Virus record (IMG/VR): IMGVR_UViG_3300017917_001342
Coordinates: 248,001 to 312,000 of that record
Direction: 5' to 3' (one strand)
Length of the DNA: 64,000 bases
In this document: piece after piece, positions 1-10,796 of the stretch
Numbering within the stretch: the first letter of the stretch is position 1
Layout: each line of letters starts with the position of its first letter
Made by a program: the position numbers and the translations under genes
The notes under the pieces: generated by a model
The model's database searches: none
Seen by the model: only the letters and a program-made list of their open reading frames with translations
What the model was told of the DNA's origin: nothing

Positions 1-1
1 T

Positions 2-298
2 GTTGATACTGTTACTTTAGTAATAACATGGCAGATCGGTTGGCAATTTGTAGGCGGCGGTGTACGTTCAACATGGCTAACTGTAAACGGTGATATTGGC
101 AACAGATATGGTTATAGTACTGTTAACAGTACCGCAGTTGCAACTTTCCAATCTCCTAACACAGTGATATTGTTAAGTAATAATGATTATTTTGAAATCT
201 ACTGTTATCAAACTGCCACTAGCAGTGTTACACTTGGTGGTAACATAGGTAATACTACAGGTAATCGCAGTGTTCGCATACAAGTTACACAGATATAA
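2..298 (+). CDS. 3' end of virion/tail fibre protein (partial, beta-rich C-terminal domain)
   Basis: Open frame from window edge, VDTVTLVITWQIGW...DYFEIYCYQ...RIQVTQI, stop TAA 296-298; directly upstream of collagen gene. Confidence 0.6.
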   Translation, partial: VDTVTLVITWQIGWQFVGGGVRSTWLTVNGDIGNRYGYSTVNSTAVATFQSPNTVILLSNNDYFEIYCYQTATSSVTLGGNIGNTTGNRSVRIQVTQI

Positions 299-310
299 GG
301 CTTATAGTTT

Positions 311-3232
311 ATGGTATACCAACTTATAACAGGACCAACTGGCTATACTGGCCCAACAGGTGTACCCGGTACTGCTGCAAACACTGGAGCACAAGGTGAT
401 CCTGGTCCAACTGGCCCAACTGGTTTACGAGGTATAACTGGACCTACAGGTCCGTTAGGTGGTCCAACTGGTCCGCAAGGCGGTCAAGGTGTTAAAGGCG
501 ATACTGGACCGACCGGCCCGGCAGGCAATGATGGTGTAACAGGTCCGCAAGGTGAACCGGGCACTGCTGCAAACACTGGACCTCAAGGCGATGCTGGACC
601 AACTGGTCCTACAGGGTTGCGTGGTACTACAGGTCCTACTGGACCGTTAGGTGGTCCAACTGGTCCACAAGGTACAAGAGGAGTTACAGGTCCTCAGGGA
701 TTAACTGGTGCAACTGGTGCAACTGGTAATATAGGTCCTACAGGGCCGTTAGGTGGTCCTACTGGTCCGCAAGGATTGCAGGGTGCAACTGGGCCTAGAG
801 GATTTCAAGGATATACTGGGCCTACTGGATTAGGATATACAGGTGCAACTGGCTCAACCGGACCTATAGGATTAACGGGTCCTATTGGTAACACAGGTCC
901 AACTGGTTATACAGGATTGCAAGGAACTACTGGCCCAACTGGCCCATTGGGCGGTCCTACAGGTCCAACTGGTACCATTGGTGATATAGGTCCAACCGGC
1001 CCAACCGGTAATGCTGGTTATACAGGCCCTACTGGTAATATTGGCCCTACTGGTGCAGCAAGCACAGTAACAGGCCCTACTGGATATACAGGCGTTACTG
1101 GACCAGCTGGTGCTGATGGTATTACTGGTTCAACTGGCCCAACAGGTGCCGCAAGTACAGTAACAGGCCCAACTGGATATACAGGTGTTACAGGTCCAGC
1201 TGGTGCAGATAGTGTAATTACTGGTCCAACTGGTGCAAATGGAAATAACGGAGCAACAGGTCCTACAGGTGCAAATGGCACTAACGGAGCAACTGGACCG
1301 ACTGGCGCAAACGGAATTAACGGATCAACTGGTCCTACAGGTGCAAATGGCACTAATGGAGCAACAGGCCCAACTGGTGCAAGCGGAGCAGATAGTACAG
1401 TAACAGGCCCTACTGGTGCTACAGGTGCAAATGGCACTAATGGAGCAACAGGCCCAACTGGTGCAAATGGCACTAATGGAGCAACAGGCCCAACTGGTGC
1501 AAGCGGAGCAGATAGTACAGTAACAGGCCCTACTGGTGCTACAGGTGCAAATGGAACTAATGGAGCAACGGGACCAACTGGTGCAGCAAGCACAGTAACA
1601 GGACCAACAGGCTATACAGGTGTTACAGGTCCAACAGGTACTAACAACCCATTTAACCAATCTCTTAATACAAGTGATGCAGTTGAATTTGCAAATTTAA
1701 TTGTTACAGGCAATGCACTTGTATTAACTAATCTTAATGTAAACGGCAATATTACTCTAAGCGGTAATGTTACACAAATATCCGGTAACAGTGGTCAATT
1801 TTTTGGTGATGTAAATGGTATAGGTGCACTGTATGCAGGTATATCGGTTGGCTATAGCACTGTTGTAAATCCTGTAATACAAAGTTCAGCTAGTATCGCA
1901 AATTATGTACAAAACAATTTCCAAAACATTAACAGTAGCAATATTGCATCAGCAGATTTAGTTGTTACAGCGGATAATGGTACTGATACTACACATTATA
2001 TAGATCTAGGTATTGCCAGTAGTGGATGGGATGGTACACAAGAAAACAGTATATCAACCGCGCTTTATCCAGACGATGGTTATCTATATGTTCAAGGACA
2101 TCCGGCATTTCCCGGAGAAGGTGGCAACCTTGTAATTGGTACCAGTATAACTGGAACGTCGTTAAAAATCATTGTAGGTGGCTCTAATTCTACAGCAATA
2201 GTTGCGCATTTTAATGCTGCAAATACTGTTACTAATAGCACAACTACAGGTGCATTAGTTGTCAATGGCGGAGTCGGTGTATCTGGTAACATATATTCTA
2301 GTGGTAATGTTGTAGCTCAAACTGTTATTGCAGATAACGTAATAGTAAATGGCCAACGTATAATATCTAGTACCGGACCAACTGGACCGACAGGCGCAGC
2401 AAGTACAATTACAGGACCAACAGGTGCTACAGGCGCAAATGGCACTAACGGAGCAACAGGCTTTACTGGTGCTACAGGTGCAAATGGTATTGATGGAGCA
2501 ACTGGACCTAACGGTATCAACGGAGCAACTGGTCCTACAGGCGCAAATGGTACTAACGGAGCAACAGGCCCTACAGGTGCTACAGGTGCAAATGGCACTA
2601 ACGGAGCAACGGGACCTACTGGTGCTACAGGTGCAAATGGCATTAACGGAGCAACGGGACCCACAGGTGCTAGCGGCGCAGATAGTACAGTAACAGGCCC
2701 TACTGGTGCTACAGGTGCAAATGGTACTAACGGGGCAACAGGCCCTACAGGTGCTAGCGGCGCAGATAGTACAGTAACAGGTCCTACTGGTGCTACAGGT
2801 GCAAATGGAACTAACGGAGCAACTGGCCCTACTGGACCAACTGGTGCAAATGGTACTGACGGAGCAACAGGTGCTACTGGTGCAAGTGGCCCAACTGGTA
2901 CATTACAGCCAAGAGTGACTCAGCTAGCTGATGCTACATCTGTTACATTTAACATTGATACTACAGATTTAGCATATCAAATTAATACTCAGGCTGTAGG
3001 AACGCTAACTATTAATGCACCAACTGGTACACCTGCGGACGGCCAAAAAATTGTATTTAGACTTAAATCTACAAATATACAGACATTTTCATGGAATGGT
3101 ATATTTGCAGGATCTATAGATTTACCGTTACCTACTGCATCAAGCGGCGGTTCTTTAACAGATTACTTGGGATTTGAATACAATGCAATCAACACCAAAT
3201 GGGATATATTAGGTAAAAACTTCGGATTTTAA
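311..3232 (+). CDS. Collagen-like (G-X-Y, GPT/GAT-rich) tail/head fibre protein
   Basis: Two long G-X-Y tracts flanking a central beta-rich domain, plus a C-terminal globular domain. Confidence 0.85.
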   Translation: MVYQLITGPTGYTGPTGVPGTAANTGAQGDPGPTGPTGLRGITGPTGPLGGPTGPQGGQGVKGDTGPTGPAGNDGVTGPQGEPGTAANTGPQGDAGPTGPTGLRGTTGPTGPLGGPTGPQGTRGVTGPQGLTGATGATGNIGPTGPLGGPTGPQGLQGATGPRGFQGYTGPTGLGYTGATGSTGPIGLTGPIGNTGPTGYTGLQGTTGPTGPLGGPTGPTGTIGDIGPTGPTGNAGYTGPTGNIGPTGAASTVTGPTGYTGVTGPAGADGITGSTGPTGAASTVTGPTGYTGVTGPAGADSVITGPTGANGNNGATGPTGANGTNGATGPTGANGINGSTGPTGANGTNGATGPTGASGADSTVTGPTGATGANGTNGATGPTGANGTNGATGPTGASGADSTVTGPTGATGANGTNGATGPTGAASTVTGPTGYTGVTGPTGTNNPFNQSLNTSDAVEFANLIVTGNALVLTNLNVNGNITLSGNVTQISGNSGQFFGDVNGIGALYAGISVGYSTVVNPVIQSSASIANYVQNNFQNINSSNIASADLVVTADNGTDTTHYIDLGIASSGWDGTQENSISTALYPDDGYLYVQGHPAFPGEGGNLVIGTSITGTSLKIIVGGSNSTAIVAHFNAANTVTNSTTTGALVVNGGVGVSGNIYSSGNVVAQTVIADNVIVNGQRIISSTGPTGPTGAASTITGPTGATGANGTNGATGFTGATGANGIDGATGPNGINGATGPTGANGTNGATGPTGATGANGTNGATGPTGATGANGINGATGPTGASGADSTVTGPTGATGANGTNGATGPTGASGADSTVTGPTGATGANGTNGATGPTGPTGANGTDGATGATGASGPTGTLQPRVTQLADATSVTFNIDTTDLAYQINTQAVGTLTINAPTGTPADGQKIVFRLKSTNIQTFSWNGIFAGSIDLPLPTASSGGSLTDYLGFEYNAINTKWDILGKNFGF
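1340..1580 (+). repeat. 120-bp near-perfect tandem duplication in collagen gene
   Basis: Lines 1381 and 1501 are identical except one base; a related 84-bp-period unit occurs at 2671/2755. Confidence 0.85.
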
Positions 3233-3234
3233 TA

Positions 3235-3429
3235 ATGATTAAAATTGATTATGAAAAAACCAATGCAGACGGCACTTTAGTTTTTAGAGATGCATTATAT
3301 TTGCCTGATGATCATACATTTTCTGATGCAGAATTAGAAGCTATGAAACAAGCAAGGTTTGATAATTGGTATGCAGCAGTTACAGCTATTCCCGACCCAG
3401 TGATTGACCCTAACACAGAACAGGTATAA
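3235..3429 (+). CDS. Small fibre-associated protein
   Basis: 64 aa, packed tightly between two fibre genes. Confidence 0.65.
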   Translation: MIKIDYEKTNADGTLVFRDALYLPDDHTFSDAELEAMKQARFDNWYAAVTAIPDPVIDPNTEQV

Positions 3430-3431
3430 CA

Positions 3432-6400
3432 ATGGCAGATAGATATTGGGTAGGTGGTACTGGCGATTGGAGCGGAACTAATACTACAAACTGGTCAACT
3501 GCTAGCGGAGGTGCCGGAGGTGCATCTGTTCCGACTATCGCAGATAACGTATTTTTTGATCAAAATAGTGATCTAGCTGGCGCAGCATTTGTAGTAACTA
3601 TAACTCAATCAGCATCTAGTTTAAATTTCACTGTTCAAAATTTAGATAGTGCTATGACATTAGCAGGGTCTAATAACTTAGAAATAGATGGTAACTTATC
3701 ATTACCTGCTACTAATTTTACTGCTACTTACACTGGAAATTTAACATTTAACAGCAGTTCACCTAGAACTGTTAATACTAATGGCGTCACACTAGCCTGT
3801 AATATTTTTATAAACATGTCACCTAGCACGTTGACTCTGCAGGCAGCACTTACGACTACCGGATCTGTTACGTTAAGTGTTGGAACTTTAATTCTAGGCG
3901 GGTTTGCGTTAACTTGCGCTAGTTTTCTTTCGTCTAACAGTGCCACTCGTTCTATAACGTTTGGTACTACAGGGTCTATCAATTTATCAGGATCCGGTAC
4001 AGTATGGAATACATCTACTACTACAGGGTTTACCTACACTGGCACAAGTAACGTAAGATTAACCAATAGCGGTTCTACTACAACTGCTATAACAACTGGT
4101 AATTTGAGTTCTTCGCAGGCTTTGAATTTTAATGTTACCGCAGGAACATATAGCTTAACACTAGGATCTACCGCAGTATTCAATAACTTGAATTTTACTG
4201 GATTTAGTGGTTCATTTGATATGGCTGCTATATCTGCTACTGTGTATGGAAATACAACTTTTTCAAACACGATGACTACATCATCTACAACTGGTGTACT
4301 AACTCTTAGTCCGAGTAGCGGTGGCAAAACTATTACATCGAATGGCAACAGTTTAGCGTTGGCATTAACACTTAGTGGCACTGGAAGTACACTGCAATTA
4401 GTAGATAATTTAACAATAACTAAAGCGTTTACGTATTCTGGTAATACTTTAGATTTAAATTCAAATTCGCTGTCAGTGCAGAGTTTTGCGTCGCCTAGTG
4501 GTACTCGTGTTATTGCATTTGGTACAGGATCTATCACTACTACTGGTACTGGTACAGTATGGAACGTAAGCGGTACAATAGGCTTATCATATACTGGTAT
4601 TTCAAATATAACAATATCAAATAACACTGCAACTGCTGTTACAATCACAAACACTGCAACCGCAGCTAGTGCAATGAACTTTAATATTGTTAATGGTACA
4701 TATGCATTAACACTGACCAGTGGTAACAGCTATAGAAATTTGAACTTTACTGGTTTCAGTGGTACTTGGTCTCCAGCTGCTACTACACATACAATGTATG
4801 GTAATTTAACGATATCTGCTACTACACAAACTATTTCGCCTGCTACAGCAGGCAATGATACAATAACGTTTGCATCCACATCTGGCACAAATATTATAAC
4901 AACCAACAATTGGGTTATAAATTGCGGTATAGCAATAAACGGTGCGGGAGGAACGGTGCAGTTTGCAGATCTTTTTGGGCAGGGTCCCAGTTACAGTCTT
5001 AAACTAACAAACGGTACACTAGATATAAATTCTCAATCTACTAGTGCGGGAATTTTTACTATACTAAGTGGTACACATGCAATCTCAAATGGCATATTAA
5101 CCTGTGCAAGTGTTACTCATACCAGTGGTGATCTAAGTATAGGTACAGGATACAATGTGGTATGTAATGGCCTATATACATTTACTGCTGGCTCTATTAC
5201 TATCAACGACGGCGTCAATCTATCCATTAACTCAATGAGTTCTTCTAATACCAATACTAGAAGTATTGCATTTGGTACTGGTTCAATTACAACTACTGGT
5301 ACTGGTACAGTATGGAGTGTAACTGGAACAACCGGTTTATCATACACTGGTATTAGTAATATCATAATCTCAAACAACACGGCAACATCGATTACTATTA
5401 CCAATACTACATCCGCTGCAAGTGCTTTGAACTTTTATTTCATCAATGGCACTTACAATCTTCTCTTAACAACTGGTAATGTCTATAATGATTTAAACTT
5501 TACTGGGTTTGCCGGCGCTGTGTTAATTGGAACTAATACTAATACATTATACGGCAATCTCATAGTTAGCAACACTGCTAGTGTCAGTGGATCTGCTGCT
5601 ACTACAAATTTTGCATTTGCTGCAACTGGCGTAACCAGAACTATCACTACCGGCAATCGCACAGTTAACTTTGGTGTTAGCTTTAACGGTGTTGGGAGTA
5701 CATTCCAACTAGCTGACAATTTTATTCAATCTGTCGGCCAATATTTTCAAATAGTAAACGGCACAATTGATTTTAATAATGTAACTTATAGTTTAGGTAC
5801 ATTGGTTTTTGTAAATGGTACAAAATCTTACATTAACTATGGTGGTACACTAGCACCAGCGGCAATTATACATACATCTGGCAATGTAACATTAGATACA
5901 GGTGCAGTAATAACAACTGCGGGATCGTATACATTTAGTGCTGGTACTATTACACTGAATAACGGTGTTAATTTATCTGTTGGATCGTTTATTTCTAGTA
6001 ACAACAACACTCGTTTAATTGCATTTGGTACCAGTGCTATCATAGTTACTGGCACAGCTACAGTGTGGAACGTAACCGGTACTACTGGATTAAGTTATAA
6101 TGGTACCAGTAACATAGTTGTATCTAACACAACAACAACTGGAATTACTATTAGTAACAACACCGGTACCGCTGCAAATGCAATGAATTTCAATTTTATC
6201 AACGGCACATACGCATTAACATTTCCAAACACTGGAGGTAACTTTAATGATTTAAACTTTACTGGATTTGCTGGGACAGCTGATTTAGTTACAACAACTC
6301 ATACAATATATGGTAACCTTATAGTTGGCTCTACTGCTACAATCACCGGCACTGGTGGTACAGGTAATTTTATATTTTCTGCAACTAGCGGAACTAGAAC

Positions 6401-8639
6401 TGTCACTACCAGTAATCGTACAGTTACCTTTGGTGTTAACTTTAACGGTCTTGGTGGCACATTTCAGTTAGCTGACAATTTTATTCAAGCAGCGGCGCAG
6501 TCATTTATAATAACCAACGGTACAGTTGATTTCAATAATGTAACTTATAGTTTAGGTGCATTGACATTTGTAACAGGTACAAAGTCTTATATTAACTACG
6601 GTGGCACACTGGCACCCGCATCAGTTCTACATACATCTGGCAATGTAATATTAGATACAGGTGCATTGATAACAACTACGGGATCTTATACATTTACTAG
6701 TGGTAATATTATATTAAATAACGGTGTTAATTTATCTGTTGGATCGTTTATTTCTAATAACAATAACACTCGTTTAATTGCGTTTGGTACTGGTTCGATT
6801 ACTGTAAACGGCACCGGTACAATATGGAACGTGGCGGGTACTACTGGATTAAGTTATACTGGTACCAGTAACATTATTATATCTAACAATACAGCAACCG
6901 CAGCTACTATTAGTAACAACACCGGTACCGCTGCAAATGCTATGAATTTCAATTTTATCAATGGCACATACACATTAACGCTTCCAGTTACTGGGGTCTT
7001 TAATAATTTAAACTTTACTGGGTTTGCCGGTATAGTTGCATTTTCAAATAGATTGCAAACATTATATGGTAATTTGATAATTGGACCTAATACTTCGTCT
7101 ACTGGAACTAGCAGTGCTAATGGTGTAACATGGACTGCTACCAGTGGCACTAGAACTATTACTACTAATGGAAGAACAATTAACTTTGGTATTACTATAA
7201 ATGGTGTAGGACAAACTGTACGATTAACTGATGCACTTGTACAAGGTTCATCTCAGTATCTATATCTAACCAATGGTACATTAGATCTAGCAGGTTATTC
7301 AAACAGCTTTGGTGTGTTAAGTCTTGCAACAGGCAATCGTTCATTTATAAACGGTAATATCAACTGTACCACAGTGAATCATGACCGTGGTGACTTAACT
7401 GTAAATCCAGCAAATACTGTAATTGCGACCGGTGCATATAATCTTACAATAGGTAATCTTACCATCAATAGCGATGCTACATTATCAGTTGGTTCAATGA
7501 TATTCGCAGTTGGTGCGAAGTCTATTGCATTTAACACAGGTCGTATTAACTTAACAGGCACAGGTACTGTTTGGAATAGCAGTCTTCTTACTACTTTTAG
7601 TTACACAGGTACTAGCAATATTAGATTAACCAATAGCGGTTCTACAGCAACAACTATAACAACTGGTGCTATGACTGCTGCACAGGCATTGAATTACTAT
7701 GTAACTGCCGGTACTTATACGCTAACACTAACTAATGGTAATGTTTATAGAGATTTAAATTTTACTGGGTTTGCCGGTACTGTTGCGTTATCTGCAACTA
7801 CCCACACAATGTATGGCAATCTTACATTGGGACCTAGTACCAACACCAGTGCTACAGCCGGTACAAATAATTTTGCATGGACATCAACTAGCGGTATCAG
7901 AACTATCACTACCAACAGTCGTACAGCTAATTTTGGTATAAACATCAACGGCGCAGGTCAAACTGTACAATTAGCCGATAACTTTACACAGGGTGCAACA
8001 CAGGTTACAACATTAACTGCCGGCACATTAGATATCAACGGTAAAACACTAACTGCTGGTGCAACATTTGCAGCACCGGGTGCAGTTGCAAAAAATATAA
8101 CATTTAATAGTGGAACACTTATTTGTACTGCATCAACAACTACTGCATTTAATGCCAGTGGTTCAAACTTAACTACCACGGCTGGTACCGGTAACGGTGT
8201 AATATCGATGTCGGGTGCAACTGCTAAAACATTTGTAGGCGGCGGTGTTAATTATGCAGCAACACTTAGCCAAGACGGTCTAGGCAATTTGACTATAACT
8301 GGTAACAATACATTTGCAAATATACGTAACACAGTACAACCAACTGCGGTATTGTTTACAGCTAATAGTACCAATACATTTAGTAATTTTTCTCTAAGCG
8401 GTACATCTAGCAATTTAGTAACTATTACTAGTCCTACTGCATTTACTCACACATTGAGTAAATCCGGAAGCGATGTTCAAGTTTCGTATTGTGCAATAAG
8501 TTATTCAAATGCCACAGGTGGTGCAACATGGCGGGCACCAGGTAACTTAGGTAACCTCAACAACAATTTCAATACTGGATGGAATTTTTCGCCCACTTCT
8601 ACTACGGTAGTTCTCAGCAACATGATAGCATTCTTTTAA
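3432..8639 (+). CDS. Large T/G/S/N-rich beta-solenoid virion/adhesin protein with about 250-aa internal repeats
   Basis: N-terminus MADRYWVGGTGDW; about 6 copies of IAFGTGSIT..GTVWN..LSYTG.SNI; DNA repeat period 759 bp (5882/6641). Confidence 0.75.
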   Translation: MADRYWVGGTGDWSGTNTTNWSTASGGAGGASVPTIADNVFFDQNSDLAGAAFVVTITQSASSLNFTVQNLDSAMTLAGSNNLEIDGNLSLPATNFTATYTGNLTFNSSSPRTVNTNGVTLACNIFINMSPSTLTLQAALTTTGSVTLSVGTLILGGFALTCASFLSSNSATRSITFGTTGSINLSGSGTVWNTSTTTGFTYTGTSNVRLTNSGSTTTAITTGNLSSSQALNFNVTAGTYSLTLGSTAVFNNLNFTGFSGSFDMAAISATVYGNTTFSNTMTTSSTTGVLTLSPSSGGKTITSNGNSLALALTLSGTGSTLQLVDNLTITKAFTYSGNTLDLNSNSLSVQSFASPSGTRVIAFGTGSITTTGTGTVWNVSGTIGLSYTGISNITISNNTATAVTITNTATAASAMNFNIVNGTYALTLTSGNSYRNLNFTGFSGTWSPAATTHTMYGNLTISATTQTISPATAGNDTITFASTSGTNIITTNNWVINCGIAINGAGGTVQFADLFGQGPSYSLKLTNGTLDINSQSTSAGIFTILSGTHAISNGILTCASVTHTSGDLSIGTGYNVVCNGLYTFTAGSITINDGVNLSINSMSSSNTNTRSIAFGTGSITTTGTGTVWSVTGTTGLSYTGISNIIISNNTATSITITNTTSAASALNFYFINGTYNLLLTTGNVYNDLNFTGFAGAVLIGTNTNTLYGNLIVSNTASVSGSAATTNFAFAATGVTRTITTGNRTVNFGVSFNGVGSTFQLADNFIQSVGQYFQIVNGTIDFNNVTYSLGTLVFVNGTKSYINYGGTLAPAAIIHTSGNVTLDTGAVITTAGSYTFSAGTITLNNGVNLSVGSFISSNNNTRLIAFGTSAIIVTGTATVWNVTGTTGLSYNGTSNIVVSNTTTTGITISNNTGTAANAMNFNFINGTYALTFPNTGGNFNDLNFTGFAGTADLVTTTHTIYGNLIVGSTATITGTGGTGNFIFSATSGTRTVTTSNRTVTFGVNFNGLGGTFQLADNFIQAAAQSFIITNGTVDFNNVTYSLGALTFVTGTKSYINYGGTLAPASVLHTSGNVILDTGALITTTGSYTFTSGNIILNNGVNLSVGSFISNNNNTRLIAFGTGSITVNGTGTIWNVAGTTGLSYTGTSNIIISNNTATAATISNNTGTAANAMNFNFINGTYTLTLPVTGVFNNLNFTGFAGIVAFSNRLQTLYGNLIIGPNTSSTGTSSANGVTWTATSGTRTITTNGRTINFGITINGVGQTVRLTDALVQGSSQYLYLTNGTLDLAGYSNSFGVLSLATGNRSFINGNINCTTVNHDRGDLTVNPANTVIATGAYNLTIGNLTINSDATLSVGSMIFAVGAKSIAFNTGRINLTGTGTVWNSSLLTTFSYTGTSNIRLTNSGSTATTITTGAMTAAQALNYYVTAGTYTLTLTNGNVYRDLNFTGFAGTVALSATTHTMYGNLTLGPSTNTSATAGTNNFAWTSTSGIRTITTNSRTANFGININGAGQTVQLADNFTQGATQVTTLTAGTLDINGKTLTAGATFAAPGAVAKNITFNSGTLICTASTTTAFNASGSNLTTTAGTGNGVISMSGATAKTFVGGGVNYAATLSQDGLGNLTITGNNTFANIRNTVQPTAVLFTANSTNTFSNFSLSGTSSNLVTITSPTAFTHTLSKSGSDVQVSYCAISYSNATGGATWRAPGNLGNLNNNFNTGWNFSPTSTTVVLSNMIAFF

Positions 8640-8709
8640 AATTGATCAATTATTGTTGTGACTATAACATAGTTTAGTTGTAACATGTGTAACAATAAAG
8701 GAGTACAAC

Positions 8710-8832
8710 ATGGCAGATCCAAGAACTAAACTTAAACCTAAAAAAGTAAAACTCAAGGAATCAGTTGCAAATCCGCCGAGAGATCAAAAAGCTGCTGCAC
8801 AACAAACTCCAGCCAAAACTAATAAAAAGTAA
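8710..8832 (+). CDS. 40-aa basic peptide (not in ORF track)
   Basis: AAAGGAG SD, then MADPRTKLKPKKVKLKESVANPPRDQKAAAQQTPAKTNKK, then a terminator. Confidence 0.55.
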   Translation: MADPRTKLKPKKVKLKESVANPPRDQKAAAQQTPAKTNKK

Positions 8833-8839
8833 ATAAATC

Positions 8840-8873
8840 AATGCTGGTATAATTAAGTTATGCCAGCATTTTT
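8840..8873 (+). terminator. Rho-independent terminator
   Basis: aatgctggtataa..ttatgccagcatt hairpin followed by a T run. Confidence 0.6.
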
Positions 8874-8938
8874 CTATCATTCTGTTGGTATTTTTTGTTT
8901 ACAATATAGGTAAATAATACCGACTACGGCGAGGAATT

Positions 8939-9151
8939 ATGGTTACTGCTATACCAGCAACAGGCACGTCTATTAGAATGGGCGGTGTTTATAACGCTTA
9001 TTATGTACCAGGTGCCACCGGTGCACCCGCTGCTGGTACTATCGTAACTCTCAATGTTAAGTTAGGTAGTAAAATTGGTATAGCTGCTAATAGCATTACA
9101 TTGCTCAGTACTAACTTTGGTGGTCGTGTAGGACCAAACAATTACGTGTAA
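8939..9151 (+). CDS. Small late hypothetical protein
   Basis: TAAATA at 8911, GAGG SD. Confidence 0.65.
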   Translation: MVTAIPATGTSIRMGGVYNAYYVPGATGAPAAGTIVTLNVKLGSKIGIAANSITLLSTNFGGRVGPNNYV

Positions 9152-9195
9152 TTTAATTTGATTTTTGTCTTAAGTGCGGTAAACTTTATAGCACT

Positions 9196-9936
9196 ATGGA
9201 GGCAACAATGGACCTAACTGCTACATCAAAATTACTAGACCTTATGCCCGGCACACGGTCTGAATATGAATTCAAACATATGATTGTGGAACAACAAAAT
9301 ACATTTCACAGACAACTGAAATATCTTCTTAGCGAAAAAGAAAAGTGTATTTCCTTTATACAGGAAAAGAAGGCTGCTATCAGTCTTATGAAATATAAAA
9401 CATCAATGATTGCAGACGATGTCGAACGCAACATAGTTGAAGAAATCAATAACGCTAGAGAAATTAGACTTCGTCGAGAAATTTTCGATTTAGAAGGTGA
9501 TCTTGCACAGATTGACAAATGGTTATTAAATCATTCACAAGAAGAGCTTGAAGAAGCCGCTGGTAGTTTCGAACACGGTGAACCTGAACATTGGGCAGGT
9601 ATCATGGGCCGTAAGAGCGCATTAGAAATTCTTGCAGACGATAAAGTCAGTATAGAAACCATGCTGAAAATGACACTGTTACCATTGCCTGATTATCGCC
9701 GTGCTGTACAGATTACCAGTCAGTATGCAGAGTTTATCAAGTCAACTACTGCCAAAGCAGAACAGCAACTACTACCGAATGTAGCAAAACCCACTACTGT
9801 AAACGAAGGCACAATACCTTCTTCTAAAACAGTTGCACCAGCAGCACCAACAACACCGGCTGCTAAACCAGCTATGAAAACCACAGTTGATTCAAACGTA
9901 ATTGACGACATCTTTAACAGTGTACAAGGGCTTTAA
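9196..9936 (+). CDS. Hypothetical coiled-coil protein
   Basis: 246-aa ORF; GGAGG lies before the second Met (MDLT, probable start). Confidence 0.7.
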   Translation: MEATMDLTATSKLLDLMPGTRSEYEFKHMIVEQQNTFHRQLKYLLSEKEKCISFIQEKKAAISLMKYKTSMIADDVERNIVEEINNAREIRLRREIFDLEGDLAQIDKWLLNHSQEELEEAAGSFEHGEPEHWAGIMGRKSALEILADDKVSIETMLKMTLLPLPDYRRAVQITSQYAEFIKSTTAKAEQQLLPNVAKPTTVNEGTIPSSKTVAPAAPTTPAAKPAMKTTVDSNVIDDIFNSVQGL

Positions 9937-9958
9937 TAGCCCTTTACAATTGCTCAAT

Positions 9959-9993
9959 AAAAAACAGCGAGTGGAAACACTCGCTGTTTTTTT
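9959..9993. terminator. Bidirectional terminator
   Basis: aaaaaacagcgagtg-gaaa-cactcgctgttttttt between convergent genes. Confidence 0.85.
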
Positions 9994-10011
9994 CTACAAC
10001 CCAATGTGTGA

Positions 10012-10725
10012 TCAGAGATGTGGTTGTAGCTGTGTCGCATCACCTCTAAATGTAAAGTAACCCATATGGTTTAGAGTAATAGTAAGGTCGGCCCAAATCT
10101 TACCGCCCATTGCTCTCCAACGCTTACAGAATGTGTAGTCTTCTGATAGGTACTCTTTACTGTTAGGATCAATTTCAGTATCAAACAGTGCATACTTGAA
10201 TGGATCATATTTTGGATCAAGTCCGATACTGTCCACATAGTGCAGTTCTGGATGCTTAGCAATCATCTGTTCAAGCACATGTCGTTTGATCATCATAAAG
10301 CCGGTACCAAGGTTACTTACTTCAACTAAGTTACCTTCTTTGATTGCGCCTGGTACTTTGTTAACTACGTAGTTGATAGGCAATGCTTTTTTAGGATACA
10401 AGCCACCTACAACATCTTTGTTTGAAAGTATCAGTTTGAAAATTTCTTCTGGTTCAAAACCAATGTCTGCGTCAACAAACATCAAGTGTGTACTCTTTGG
10501 TTCAAAGTACAGCATTTTTGCAACAAGACTGTTGCGAGCGCGGCAAACTAGACTTTCGTTTACCATAGTGTCAATTGTAAAGTTCAAGCCAAGGCGTTGC
10601 GCAGTTGCCATGTACTTGAGCATACTAATAAAAGTGCCTTCGTTGATCTGACCGCCGTAGCAAGGTATACAGAAATGTACCCGTGCTGCTTGCAAGGTTT
10701 TGACCATATCTTGTGTGAGTTCCAT
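10012..10725 (-). CDS. GT-A-fold glycosyltransferase-like protein
   Basis: PCYGG, RARN, FVDAD (DxD), GTGFMMI, LSEDYTFC, final H. Confidence 0.75.
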   Translation of the reverse strand: MELTQDMVKTLQAARVHFCIPCYGGQINEGTFISMLKYMATAQRLGLNFTIDTMVNESLVCRARNSLVAKMLYFEPKSTHLMFVDADIGFEPEEIFKLILSNKDVVGGLYPKKALPINYVVNKVPGAIKEGNLVEVSNLGTGFMMIKRHVLEQMIAKHPELHYVDSIGLDPKYDPFKYALFDTEIDPNSKEYLSEDYTFCKRWRAMGGKIWADLTITLNHMGYFTFRGDATQLQPHL

Positions 10726-10796
10726 AGGTATCTCCGATCTGTCACATGTTTAATTATGTGGCAAATCGGAGACTTTTTCAAAATAGCAGTAGATAA

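Noticed and set aside
1018-8179. Many minus-strand ORFs (PVGPVAP repeats, hydrophobic stretches)
   Set aside because: Antisense shadows of the repetitive collagen and solenoid genes
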